Source: Botryllus schlosseri (lineage: Eukaryota). Taken from it: a DNA stretch of 64,000 bases. How positions within the stretch are numbered: position 1 is the first letter of the stretch; each line of letters opens with the position of its first letter. The position numbers were made by a program, and so were the translations under genes. Below, in pieces: positions 10,963 through 22,901 of the stretch. Where the stretch lies: the NCBI GenBank assembly GCA_051294905.1, contig CM119372.1:744001-808000 (forward strand), read 5' to 3'. A model generated the notes under the pieces. The model had not been told where the DNA came from, did not search any database, and saw only the letters and a list, made by a program, of their open reading frames with translations.

Positions 10963-13900
10963 CTATTTTTTCAGCTTTGGAAGAACGCCCATATATCTGC
11001 ATAGTACCGTCAACATAACTTCGTCAGCTCCTCCGCCGATAGAGCCCAGTCTGGCGTCTCTGAAATGAAAAAATAGGCGAGTGAGGTAAGATCAGAGTCG
11101 CTATGACTCGAGGTTGTCAGTAACGAAGTACTGCTATTCTCGAAGTACCGTACTCAATTAGCTTTTTGCCTCCGAGCACGACTTATTCAAAGTGATTATG
11201 ATTTTTAGACTAATTCATCACAGTTTTCCGCATTTCTGGCAAAAGAAGGCGCCTTCCAAAACAAGCACTTCCACTTGTACTTGCGCATAAATTTATGTTT
11301 TTTTCTATTTGGGTGCCAACCATAACTACTTTGACCGCCTCTGTTTTTGGTGACTCCATTGACTCGAGTCATTTTTATAAAAACGGAAAACTCTAGTCGT
11401 TATACATGACTCGAGACTCGGAATGCCAAGACAGGCATGTCATGCGACTTTGAAGAATAGTAAAGTTACAACATGATTGGTATTTCGTATATTAGTACTG
11501 GTACTTGAAAAATAGGGCAAGAAACTGCTTAGAGTGAACAGAATTAGTATATTATGTACAAGAGGGATTCGATTCACCCAAGCAAAGTTGTAAAAAATCA
11601 GCTGAACATGACTTGTACTCGGACTCATGTCTTAACACTATGACTCGGACTTGACTCGGTGGTTAATTGAAAATGCCTCGAGTCAAAACTATAAAAGTAA
11701 GATTGATTTGTAACTTAATTACAATGCTGATTAGGATATTTGAACTAAACCTAATTGCAACCTACCTGTAACATCTCGTGACGACAGAGTCCATGCAGTA
11801 ACCCATTCCGCCCCAGAACTGCAAACAGCTGTCGGTCAATTCCCGGCTTATCCGACCGGTTTTTAACTTGAGCATCGAAACGAGAGGTGTGACGTCGTTC
11901 CCTTTCATGTACAGAGCTGAAAATAGATGGCAGTCAAGCCTATATTTCAGTACCTGATCAGTCTCCTATGAAATTTATGTCTTGTATCGACCGGCATCAG
12001 TCTATTTATGAAACACGGCTATCTGTCCCATAGCATTGCCCCAAAAGTGCAATGAAATAGGTATGGTCGAAAATTTTAGCAAATTATAATTATTGTAATG
12101 TAGAACTGGCATTGTTTTCCTTTGTGTTCGCATAAAAGGTACATATTTGAACTTTACACATCAACCATATTCTTACGATGTCAGATCGAATCGAGTATCC
12201 CACAAAAGCTTTAATGAGTCTCAGACACAGGCAGGCATCTGCAGGGCAACCAGTCGACAAAACTGCTCAATTGAGTCTCCCTGACAATGTTTCATTTACT
12301 CACCTGCTGTTCTGTAGAGCATCGATCTCAAGGCTTCCACTTCCGTCTGCATCTCGGCCAACCTGAAAATATCAACGTTCACCGTCTCCATGAAAAAATA
12401 ATGAAGCACATTTACCGTAATTACATACAAAACACCGGAGGTGGTGAAGTAGTCAGATTTTTAAAACATGTAAAATCTACTTGAAGTGGAAAAAAGTATG
12501 AAAAGTACTTGTGTAGTTTTAAAAGGTAGATTTGGTGGACGAGTAGTATACTTTTAGAAGTTGATAAATGAATATGTTCTTGGGGGTCTACAGAACTTCA
12601 ATATACATTTGAATAATAAATTCATATTGAAATGAACCCGAACATTTTCGGCTGACACAAGTACATTGTATATCAATCGTATACGATAATCCCTAACGAG
12701 TCTCAGCTGAAAGTATTCCGGTATATTTCAATATCAATATCAATGGTACACTGAAGTTGTGCACCAGTAAGAGTATCGTAGGTGGGTTGAGTAGAAATTT
12801 TTCGTTACTGACCCCCTCTGTGAAACACGTCACATTTAGCCCGTGAATTACCGAGTGCCGTCCCAAAATACCAACAGGATTTCACGCCAATAATGGAAGG
12901 TTGCGTACTTGAAATGCACGACTTGGTTGTCCAGAACCGAGCCTGCAAAGATCTTTCTGTTCCGAGTGTAGTCGATCGTGGAATCGATGGCGAGCTGCAT
13001 CAGATTCAAAGCTGCGGAAAAAAAGTCGGAATTCAGATATTCCCAATTACATTAGAATTACTAAATACGGAAAAACTTGAAAATTCCAAATTAGAAGGAA
13101 ATACAACAAAAATCGAGTTCATTTCTTATCAAATCAGAGTTCATCCTCATAATCAGGAGAATTGCAAACGTCTGTGCATCAAGCTTGGATCGTTTCGCGC
13201 GATACAGTGCAGCATTTTCAAGAAAACCAGAAATAGACTAGAAATTCGATCATAATTAGATTACGGGCATTTCGCTCTAATTACTCTAATCAGAGAACTA
13301 CAATCATCTATTATCCCCAAGAAATAACTAAAGCTTTACGGAACCTATGCACGCCGTCACGATCCTTTCCTCTTGAAACTGGATCATTTGATACCGGAAT
13401 CCTGCCCCTTCCTCCCCGATGATGTAGGAACGCGGGACCCGGACGTCTTCAAACACAACCTGGCAAAGAATTTATTTATATATTCAATGTATGTTGAATT
13501 TACAATTGAATCGTATATTCATATTGAAATAAGCCCGACGAATATATTCGACTGACACTCGCCAGGGGTAATCGTCAGCAACCAGTAGAGAATTTAAAAT
13601 AACATTCAATACCAACAATCGTATCACCAATTATATATATTCAATTATAACGGATATAAATAACACATGTTTCACTGAGCTATGAGCTCGGTAACTTCAC
13701 GCTACCCACCTGCAGAGGGGGTCAGTAACAGTAACGATGTACTTCTACTTTTTTGGAGTACCAAAGTTGTTTTTACTTTTCCTACTTGATCCTAATCAAG
13801 TAGAATGTTTATTGACATTGACGCTACAGAAGCAGCCGCTTGACAGCCTACGCTCACCCGACATGAGTTTGAACTGAGCATTCCGAGTTTGTTGACTTTT

Positions 13901-16900
13901 TCGACCACAGATATTCCAGGGCTATCCATCGGCACGCAGATCAAAGACTTGTTGGTGTGCGGACCGGTATCGTTCGTACACGCCAGCAGGCACATCCAAT
14001 CTGCCTGAAAATGTACGCAGGTTTTACGATGAAATCGTATGCCCAGTCTCTAAACAGTAAATATTACGGTTGTTCGAAAGTAAGTTTTCGTCATATTCTA
14101 TTGGTCAGTTGATGATATTGCTTGGTTACATAAAAAAATACTGCACATCAAATTTGGCTGAATTCCAACCTGTAAAAGTGTAGCTATGAATAAGAGTGGA
14201 AAATTTTAGACTTTTTTTACACAAAAATCACATTTTATAAGTATTATATTGGCTACCCTGTGAAATTGTAACGTTGTATAACAAACGATGGATAAGAAAT
14301 TTGGCTTAATTACGGTAGAAAATTTGGAATTTAAAACCGTAATTCAAAATTTGCTGCCATGGGTCGGAATTGAATCAAATTTCGTGCGCATCGTTTTTTC
14401 ATACAACGTAACAGTTTCACGGCGTTTTTTTTCCAAAGAAACAAAAAGGCCAGTGGAAGTGCGGCAAATTCGATGCGAATCGCTTTTTCCCTCAACTAGC
14501 CCGTAAAATTCGAAAAAAAGTTATTTTTGAACAGCCCTAGTGAACATACGTGATCGCTGTTTGTGATCCACATTTTCTCTCCGTTGATGACCAGGTCGTC
14601 TCCGTCAGCTATGGCTTTGGTTCTGACGCCTGAAATGCACTGTTGGGCAACTAGAAAATCGTCAGCTTTTCCAAATGAGATTCGAATTATAACGAGAGCT
14701 ACAGTTTTTTTTAATCAACTTAGACTAGAATTAGTGAATTTGCAAAAATTTGGAGATTTAGTGCAATTCATATCAAATCAGAGTTCATACTCATTAAGCA
14801 CGAGAATGGCAAATGTCTGTACAGCAATCATGGTTCGTTTCGATGAAGTTCTCCTGTTGCATTTTCAGGAAAAGCAGTGAAATTAGATTGGAATTAAAAT
14901 GAAAGCACAGACAGAAACATTTCACGGATTAGATTAGAATTAGATTACCGGAAAAAGCACTTTCTGTATTTCGAAATCCAAACCTAAAAAGTGACAAGTT
15001 TTGTCTGAAGCGGAAGTAGTAAAGATTCCACGCAGACAAAAGCTACCCGATTGCTTCAAAAATTACAGGCACTTCGTTACTGACCACTCCCTAGCTGTAG
15101 CCACCAAACAGACCAGCAGACAGACAAAACTGACTTGCAACGTCGGATCCAGAGCCGGTCTCGCTCACTCCAAGACAAGAAACGAATTCGCCAGCAATCG
15201 AAGGCGCCAGAAATCTCTCCTTTAGCCCGTGACTGCCAAACCTGAAAGTTTGGTTTCACTTTTTGTTACTATGACTCGAAGACAAAATTGTTGCCCGCAT
15301 ATCAGTGTGTACGTCACCAGATTGGATATCGGCTGAGCCATATCAGATCCGGAGCGACGTTATTGATGAGCATGGCGCCTGTTGTAATGACTCGACTCAA
15401 ATCGGACTAGAGTCGCAATTTTGCGTTGACTCGAGTCAGTTCTTTGACTCGGTTCGAGTTAATTTGTGTATTGACGCAACTTGTACTTGAGTCATTGCGC
15501 ATGACATGACTCGACACATTCTATAATTATGACTCACTCAAGTCTGGTATAATATATCTGTTTCAATAAACATGTCAAGAGTTTGAGGCCTTTGAGGCCC
15601 TTGAGTTTGAGGCCTTCGATATCACCAAATAGTTTCACAGAATTGAGCTGAACCTGCCTTGAACTCGATACTGAAACATAAACACTCGGCTTTGACTCGG
15701 TGGTGAATTGAAAATGACTCAACTAGACTCAAGTCAAGACTATAAGGTGAGATGGACTAGTGTCGCGGAACCATGTGCCTTGGTAACAACCCTGGTTGCA
15801 ACCAGACATGGGGTAATCGCGATTAGTAATCGTAATCGATTACGACGATTACAGCATTTTCGAGTAATCGTAATCGATTACATTCGGAAAAAATCCAAAG
15901 TAATCGTAATCGACTACTTCGCATATCTAATCGATTTCCTTGTGAAAGAGCGATTACTTTTTATTTGTACAATGAATATGACATAACCGAACATTTGTGA
16001 ATAAGGAAGAGATATTATACCAGGTTATTGATAGCGCAAACGGTCGATTTTCAAACGCCACTGCTCATTATTACGTCAGAAGTATTAGCTTTGCTCGTCC
16101 TTGCGTAAGAAGTATCCACACGTAGTAAATATATATTCGATGTACATTGTTGTGTGATTGTAAGAACAGTGCAAGTCATGCTGTATATCAGGTAATCAAT
16201 ACACTCCAGACACCACTACCTCGCAGCAAGATAATAATCACCATACTCTGCCTAGTTTCAAATAGTGACTTATGTATTGATGTTTGGTTATGCTTAGTTA
16301 AACGTAGTTTGACCGTTGCTGCTTGGCGAGCAGTAGGCCTATCTATGTAGTATACGTATGTATTGTACGTACACCGGACAAAGATTTGAAATTTTGTACT
16401 CGTCAAATAAAACATTACGATGGTTAAAATCAACAGCTGCTGATATATATCATAACCGAGCCGTTCTTTGCCGTTTCTCGTAACAGCAGCTTGCAGTATC
16501 TGTATTAAGTGGAAGGTAGAATTTTAAGTTCACTTTATTTTATTCTCATATGACTCTACTTGGAACGGGCCCCAAGCGTTATTTCACAAGTCTTCCCTCG
16601 ACATTTATACCTGTCGCCATAACCATCCGCTTATACACCATGGTAGCGTGGGTTGTAGGTACAATCAGGACCAAAACAGCAATTCGTCCCGCACTCCAAA
16701 CGATGGTATTGGTAGGGTTGTAACCAAGTCACGATGTTCCGAGTCAAAACCAATCTCACTTTTATAGTTTTGACTCGAGTCAAGTCGAGTCATTTTCAAT
16801 TGACCCCCGGGTCAAGTCAGAGTCCAAGTCAGCTAGTATAGGGCCAAGTCCGAGTCATAGTGTTTGACTCGAGTACGAGTCCAAGTCGTTATGTTCACAG

Positions 16901-19900
16901 ATCAGTTTTCAGATCAATTCGGTTCAACCCACTCTTTTCAACTCTGCTCGAATTATATAGAATGGCTCGTATTCATAATATAGTGATTTTCATCAGTTTT
17001 CACAGTTTCCGGCCCTATTTCCAAGTATCAGGACTGATAGACGAAATACAAATAATGTGGTAACTTTACCATTCTTCGAAGTTACATGGAATGTCTGTCT
17101 TGGCCGTTCTGGTCTCAAGTCATATGACTTGGTTCGAGTCATGCAAAATGACTGGAGTACAAGTTGAGTCAATACAAAATTGACTCGAGTCGAGTCAATT
17201 TACGCATTTGAAAAAATGCCTCGAGTCAAGTCTAGTCACCAAAAAATCGCGACTCGAGTCGAGTCATGACTCGAGTCATTACAACCCTGGGTATTGGTGC
17301 CCCACAGGGTGGTCAGTTTTCAAGTTGATGACTGAATTTCGTCAATAATATTGGTAATTGCATTATATTGCTATTCATTCAGATTTACCGGTAGAGCTGG
17401 GGGGCACGTAATTCATAATTATAGCATCTGGTATGTTGCTATAATTAATTTATTGTATGTTGTTAATTCGTGACCTCTCGTCTTTTATATAATCAAAAGA
17501 TACTGTAGTCGCCCAAACGTAGCAGACTAAAAGATAAACTTTCGTGAGACGCACACACAAATTGTCATGTCTTCATTCCTCTGTGAGTTCCCAGGGTGAC
17601 ATTTGTATTGTTGGGGCTCAGATTGGAAGGACCGGACTATTCGTCATGCCCACAGAGCGCGGCTACTGACAATGGACATGGACACATACCCAAAGTTTTG
17701 GCCAAGGTCATTCTTTGGTAGCACACTTTGTGGAGTTGCATGTTGGCCGAAATTGCATACGTCTTTTGGTGTGTCGTGGCAATGATCGCCACCGAAATGC
17801 GTATTCCTATAAATTGGGGAGTTTGGCAGTTACAGACCTGGCAAGAATGCAAATCGTTGGGAGCGACGAATAGTCCTGTACAGAGTTGGGCAATGAGTGC
17901 ATTATGACGTAACAAGCAAATAATGTATGATTTATAAGGAAAGTTGTTATCCAATTAGACCTTTTCATCGCAAGCCTTATATTGTTTTCCAATATCTGTT
18001 CTGAAATTAGTTCTAAGAATCAAAACAAATGTAATCGTGATTACTTTTGAAATGTAATCGTAATCGACTACTTCCTGATTTTGCTGTAATCGTAATCATA
18101 ATCGTGGGATTCACAAGTAATCGTAATCGATTACATTCGTGGAGTAATTACCCCATGTCTGGTTGCAACCACTATCCAGCCAGTGCGAAGGTAAACGGTT
18201 GAAGTTTTCATATAACCAATATAACACTTGAACCTTGTTCGTAAAAGCAGTGCTTCTGTTAATTTTAATTACCCAATTAATGCTCAATCATAATAAAGAC
18301 AACTCAGCTTACTTTTGGTCGAATTGGCAGAAAAATTATTGGTACTACAGTAATTTGCACTGATCGTATAAAATGCACAAGAGGTATAATGAAATCACAA
18401 GGTTTTGACTCGAGTCATTTTCAATTCACCACCAAGTCAGGTCGGGATTCAAAAGTCCAAGTCCGAGTCACAGTCTCAAGAACGTTCATCTTGTAGTTCA
18501 ATCAGATTCAACTCACTCTTCACAACTCTCTTTGCATGATATTGAATGCCTCGCATTCATATAATAGCAATTTTCCTCACACACCTAACCCAGTTACTGG
18601 TACAAACACAAGTACTGATAGACGAAATACCAATAATGTGGTAGCTTACTATTCTTCTCAGTTGCACTGAAATGCATGTTTTGGCCGCCCTAGTTGAGTC
18701 AATACAGAAGTTGCTAAAGTCGAGCGAGTCATTTTCCGCATTTTAGAAGATGTACCGAATGATACAGAGTCAACAAAAAAATCGCAACTCGAGTCATTAC
18801 GATTACAGTTGCACCTTCAGGTTAGTTGAATCGTATTGTGCAGTACTTCGACACCAACCGATTCAACAAATACTAGTGCTACTGTGTAACACCGGGTTAA
18901 CATATAGAACAGTACCATTTTCTGCATGGATCATTGTTCTACCACACTGTAACAACGAACAAAGTACTGTTTATTGTGCGATAACCTAATGATAGGAATT
19001 ATGTATCCGTGTCCAAATTTAGTGGATTTAACTGTATTTACAAATTAATGTGGAACATGGAGCTTCATTTTTTCTATTTTTGATGCACACTTTTTCTGAT
19101 ACGTTCGGAGTCGGGAGTCGATTTTGAAGGAACAGGCTTTCTTGCTCTACTGCATAATTGGCTGTCAACTCACTTTGCCAATGCAGGTGTCGCCATGTCT
19201 GTTTGTATGGTAACCGCCATGGGCACGGCTCCACATTTCACATTTCCAAGTTCTTCAGCTATCGCAATTGCAAAACTGTAGTCCAAGCCAAGGCCTCCGT
19301 ATTCTGTGACCAATATCAGAGTTACTTTGACTCGAATCGGAAAATTTGCGCAAATAAAAACGAGCAGGCATCACCTACAGGCTTGTTCACCCCGAGCAGT
19401 CCGGCGTCCCCCAACGTTTTGAATACTTCATGGATCGGAAAGTCTTTTTGTTCTTCCCAAGCGTCGACGTAAGGGTTTATATCTTTATCAATGATCTGAA
19501 AAATGGGCCTCCCATGAGTCCTCAAGGAGAATTTGTCCTCTTTTCACGAGCAGAATGAATGGTCCTCTGAAGACGCCCTAAATTCCCCATTTTTGCATTT
19601 CGAAACTTTCAACAAGACTTTTAGGCGCGATGTCGGCCATTTTCTACTTCAAGTTTGAACATGGCTTGATAACCAGGGTGGTAACCAAGTTACAAGTCAA
19701 TGTCACTTTTATAGTTTTGACTCGAGTCATTTTCAACTCACCACCGAGTCAAGTCCGAGTCCAAGTCAGCAACCTGAGGGTCGAGTCCGAGTCATTGTGT
19801 TGACTGCTCAGTTTCCAGGTAAAGTCTTGTAAACCCACTTTTTATAATGCTGTTTGGTGATATTGAATGGTTCGCATTTATAATATACTAACTTTCCTCA

Positions 19901-21439
19901 CCTTTAGCAGTTTCTGGTCGCATTTTCAAGTACCAGCACCAATAGACGAAGTACCAATACTTTACTATTCTTCGAAATTACAACGAAATGTCGGTCTTGG
20001 CTGTCTGAGTCTCGAGTCATGCCCAATGACTCGAGTCGAAGTAGAGCCAATACACAGATGACTCGAGTCGAGTCATTTCAGTATTTTGAGAAAATGACTC
20101 CAGTCAAGTCATAACCACTAGCCTATTTTACATTAAAAGAAATTTACATTACTTCTACGAACGCAACACAAACAAATACTTTAGACAGAATAATATATTG
20201 ACATTGATATAAACCAAAATATTTTTGGCTGATGCTTGTCAGGGGTAATCATCAGGAACTGGCAGAAAATTGGAAAGAGTTTATATATCAACAATTGTAT
20301 CACCAAATTTGACGTCACCTGCATAAAAATTCGAGTACTTTCCAATCCTCCACCCTGACGAGCGTCAGCCAAAAATATAGGTTCATTTCAATATGAATAG
20401 ACTATCCAATTGTACATTGGAATTCTGTACCTCGACAGGTATATCGCTTCAATTTTCATTTAAATATACGCTAACCTTTCTCAATGTTTTCTGTATCTGA
20501 ACATGGTCGTCAGTGTAAATTGGTTCGTCACTTGGACTCCACGTCCTAAAGCTGGCTGATGAGATCTTGAGCGGGTTTAGCGCAGCCGAGTAGCACAGGC
20601 GCATCACAGGTCTTGATAAAAAGAAGGCAGGTTCAGTATATTACAATGATTGACATGTTGAAATTATTATCCAGAAATGACAAATTGTCAACAACAGTGC
20701 TGGTCACGCTGATTGGAGCAGGTTACTCAAATCGGAATCGAGCATGAATTGTAAAGATGAGCCGCTCAGAGATGATTTCTTTAGAGTACTAACTGAAATC
20801 ATACTCTTACTGCCACTAAAGTTTATTTATCAATGAGAATTATACTTTCGAAACTATTTTCCACTGTGGAACAGACTTATACAACTAGATAATTCTAGTC
20901 CAATTAAACTAATTCGTGATATGTTTCTTTGCTCTAATTCTGTCTAATTAGTGACATCTTTTCATGTTCTCATTTTAATGCTAATCTAGTTTCTGGTTTT
21001 CCAGATAACGGTAGAGGAGAACTGTGTAGTGCATTTAATTTCAATAATTAAATAATCAGTATTTGCGCATTCAGTAATTCTAATCCAATTTGGAAAAAAC
21101 TAGCTCTAGCTGCAGTAAAAATGAAATGACTTTTCTGTGTACTCAAGAAAAACCCACAGCTTTCTCACGAAATGTTATGAAATAGGCATGGTGAAAAAAT
21201 ATTAAATCATCTTTAAATTAACGTAAAACTGGCATTATATTCTTTGTGGTCGCATAAGAGGTGCATATTTGAGCGTCACACATCATTCATACTGCCTTGA
21301 CATCATAATCAGTGATACTGGATTCAGTATCGAATCACTCAGGTACTCGAATTCGCCCGGCCCTAGTGAAAAACAATCGGGAGACTTTCTATGGATAACC
21401 TGAAAAAGTAACTTGAGATCACCTCAAAGACTTCAGCAT
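10963..21439 (-). CDS. Mitochondrial acyl-CoA dehydrogenase (acdh-6/LCAD-like), 12 coding exons
   Basis: Phase-consistent GT-AG exons at ~21423-21439, 20476-20611, 19376-19495, 19174-19303, 15136-15242, 14551-14629, 13858-14004, 13346-13459, 12909-13011, 12305-12362, 11766-11916, 10963-11059. Motifs: EYGGLG, CLGVSETGSGSDVA, INGEKMWITN, FEDVRVP, FQEER, LQFWGGMGY, YRDARLGSIGGGADEVM. N-terminus resembles a mitochondrial targeting peptide. Confidence 0.93.
15379..15794. mobile_element. GACTC-repeat hAT MITE copy
   Basis: Dense GACTC/GAGTC motifs ending ...GTAACAACCCTG; same family as 16713-17289. Other copies at ~11350-11715, 18395-18810, 19674-20115, 26710-27230, 30355-30675, 43480-43660. Confidence 0.7.
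16556..18000 (-). pseudogene. Four-exon gene fragment (~195 codons, 9 Cys, unrecognised) inside the hAT element
   Basis: Exons 17961-18000, 17559-17875, 17389-17427 and 17290-17331+16556-16704 join through GT-AG introns (85, 131, 57 nt) in matching phases without frameshift. Three in-frame stops; terminal TAG is followed by AATAAA. Confidence 0.65.
16713..17289. mobile_element. hAT MITE (GACTC family), nested
   Basis: TIR TAGGGTTGTAA / TTACAACCCTG with perfect TSD GGTATTGG (16705-16712, 17290-17297). Confidence 0.9.
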
Positions 21440-21729
21440 GGCGTCCCAAAACGGTTACAGTCCTAGGTAGCGATCTAACTGAAATAAGAAAAATGTCGAG
21501 CATAAATATAAAATGCAGATCAAATATATAGAGAAGAAATAGAAATGAGTTCTTTTCGATTCGGTTGCATTTCTCATTTGTGCTACGATGGAAATGCCGC
21601 TGATAATCCAGGAACCCACCACTGTCACTATGTAGTGGGGCCTCAAGCTAGATTGAGTTCGCCCATACTACGTTGGCAGCCTTTAGCGCAATAAAATATT
21701 CATAGTGAGATGAAGCCAAACGTGAGTAT

Positions 21730-22383
21730 TAGGGCTCTTCAAAAATGACTTTTTTTCTCAAATCATACTGGCTACTTCTGTTAGGTTACCTAATTTAAGC
21801 CTACGCACCAAATTTGGTTCAATTCCAACCAGTAGCCGCATTGCTACAGAAGAAAGTTTCTATTTATAATATAAAAATAAATAACAAAATATTTTAAAAT
21901 TTTCTGTTCACCCCATGAAAGTGTTAGGTTCTCTATAGAAACGATATTCACCAAATTTGGTTCAATTCCAAATAGCGAAAGCGGAGTTATTGCCGTTGAA
22001 AAATGTGGATTTGTATAAAATAGTTTTTACGGTGAGCACCACTATAATAAATAATTAAAGAACTGGTCACCGTAAATACTATTTTATTCATAATACAAAT
22101 TTTTCGACGGCAATAACTCCGCTGCTACTGGTTGAAATTGAACCAAATTTGGTGAACATCGCTTCTATAGACAACCTAACACTTTCATGGGGTGAACAGA
22201 AAATTTTCAAATTTCTTGTTATTTATTTTTATATAATAAATAGTAGCTTTCTTCTCCTGTAGCAATGCGGCTACTGGTTGGAATTGAACCAAATTTGGTG
22301 TGTAGGCTTAAATTAGGTAACCTAACAATTTTATCATGTAGCCAGTACGATTTGAGAAAAAAAGTCATTTTTGAAGAGCCCTA
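21730..22383. mobile_element. Fold-back (long palindromic) MITE
   Basis: TAGGGCTCTTCAAAAATGAC...GTCATTTTTGAAGAGCCCTA with arms complementary over ~300 bp and perfect TSD GTGAGTAT. A related degenerate element follows at ~22400-22890. Confidence 0.9.
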
Positions 22384-22901
22384 GTGAGTATTAGCCGCGT
22401 GTTCAAATATGACATTTTTTCAAATTATACCCTGGCTACTTGATAAAATTGTTACATTACCTAGAAAAACGCTGCACAACATTTTGGGCTCAATTCCAAC
22501 CTATAGTGGCATTGCTATAAGAGAAAAAATTTTGGATTTATTCAATAAAAATAACCACGATTTTTTTCAAATTTTTCTGGCTACCCCATGAAATTGTTAG
22601 GTTGTCTGATAAAACGATGTACAACTAATTAGTTAAGTTATTGCTGTTAAAAATTTGAGATTTCAAATCATAGCAATACCGATAATAAATAATTAAAGAA
22701 TTTGCCACTGTAAATACTACTTTTTCCAATTCAAAAATTTTGTACTCCCATAACTTTGCTTGTACTGGTTGGAATTGAGCCAAATTTGTTGTGCATCGTT
22801 TTTTTAGACAACCCAACAATTTCATGGGGTAGCTAGAAAAATTTGAAAAAGTTTCAAATTCATTTTTAGGAAATATCACATTCTACGTGAGATACAACCA
22901 A

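Larger units (their letters stand above)
15803..18161. mobile_element. 2.36-kb non-autonomous hAT element carrying a captured gene fragment
   Basis: TIR CAGACATGGGGTAAT / ATTACCCCATGTCTG, flanked on both sides by GTTGCAAC (15795-15802, 18162-18169), with GTAATC subterminal arrays at both ends. Confidence 0.85.

Noticed and set aside
17644..17646. In-frame TGA as selenocysteine in the captured gene
   Set aside because: Two other in-frame stops are TAA, a MITE interrupts the last exon, no SECIS is evident, and CGA>TGA decay is simpler.
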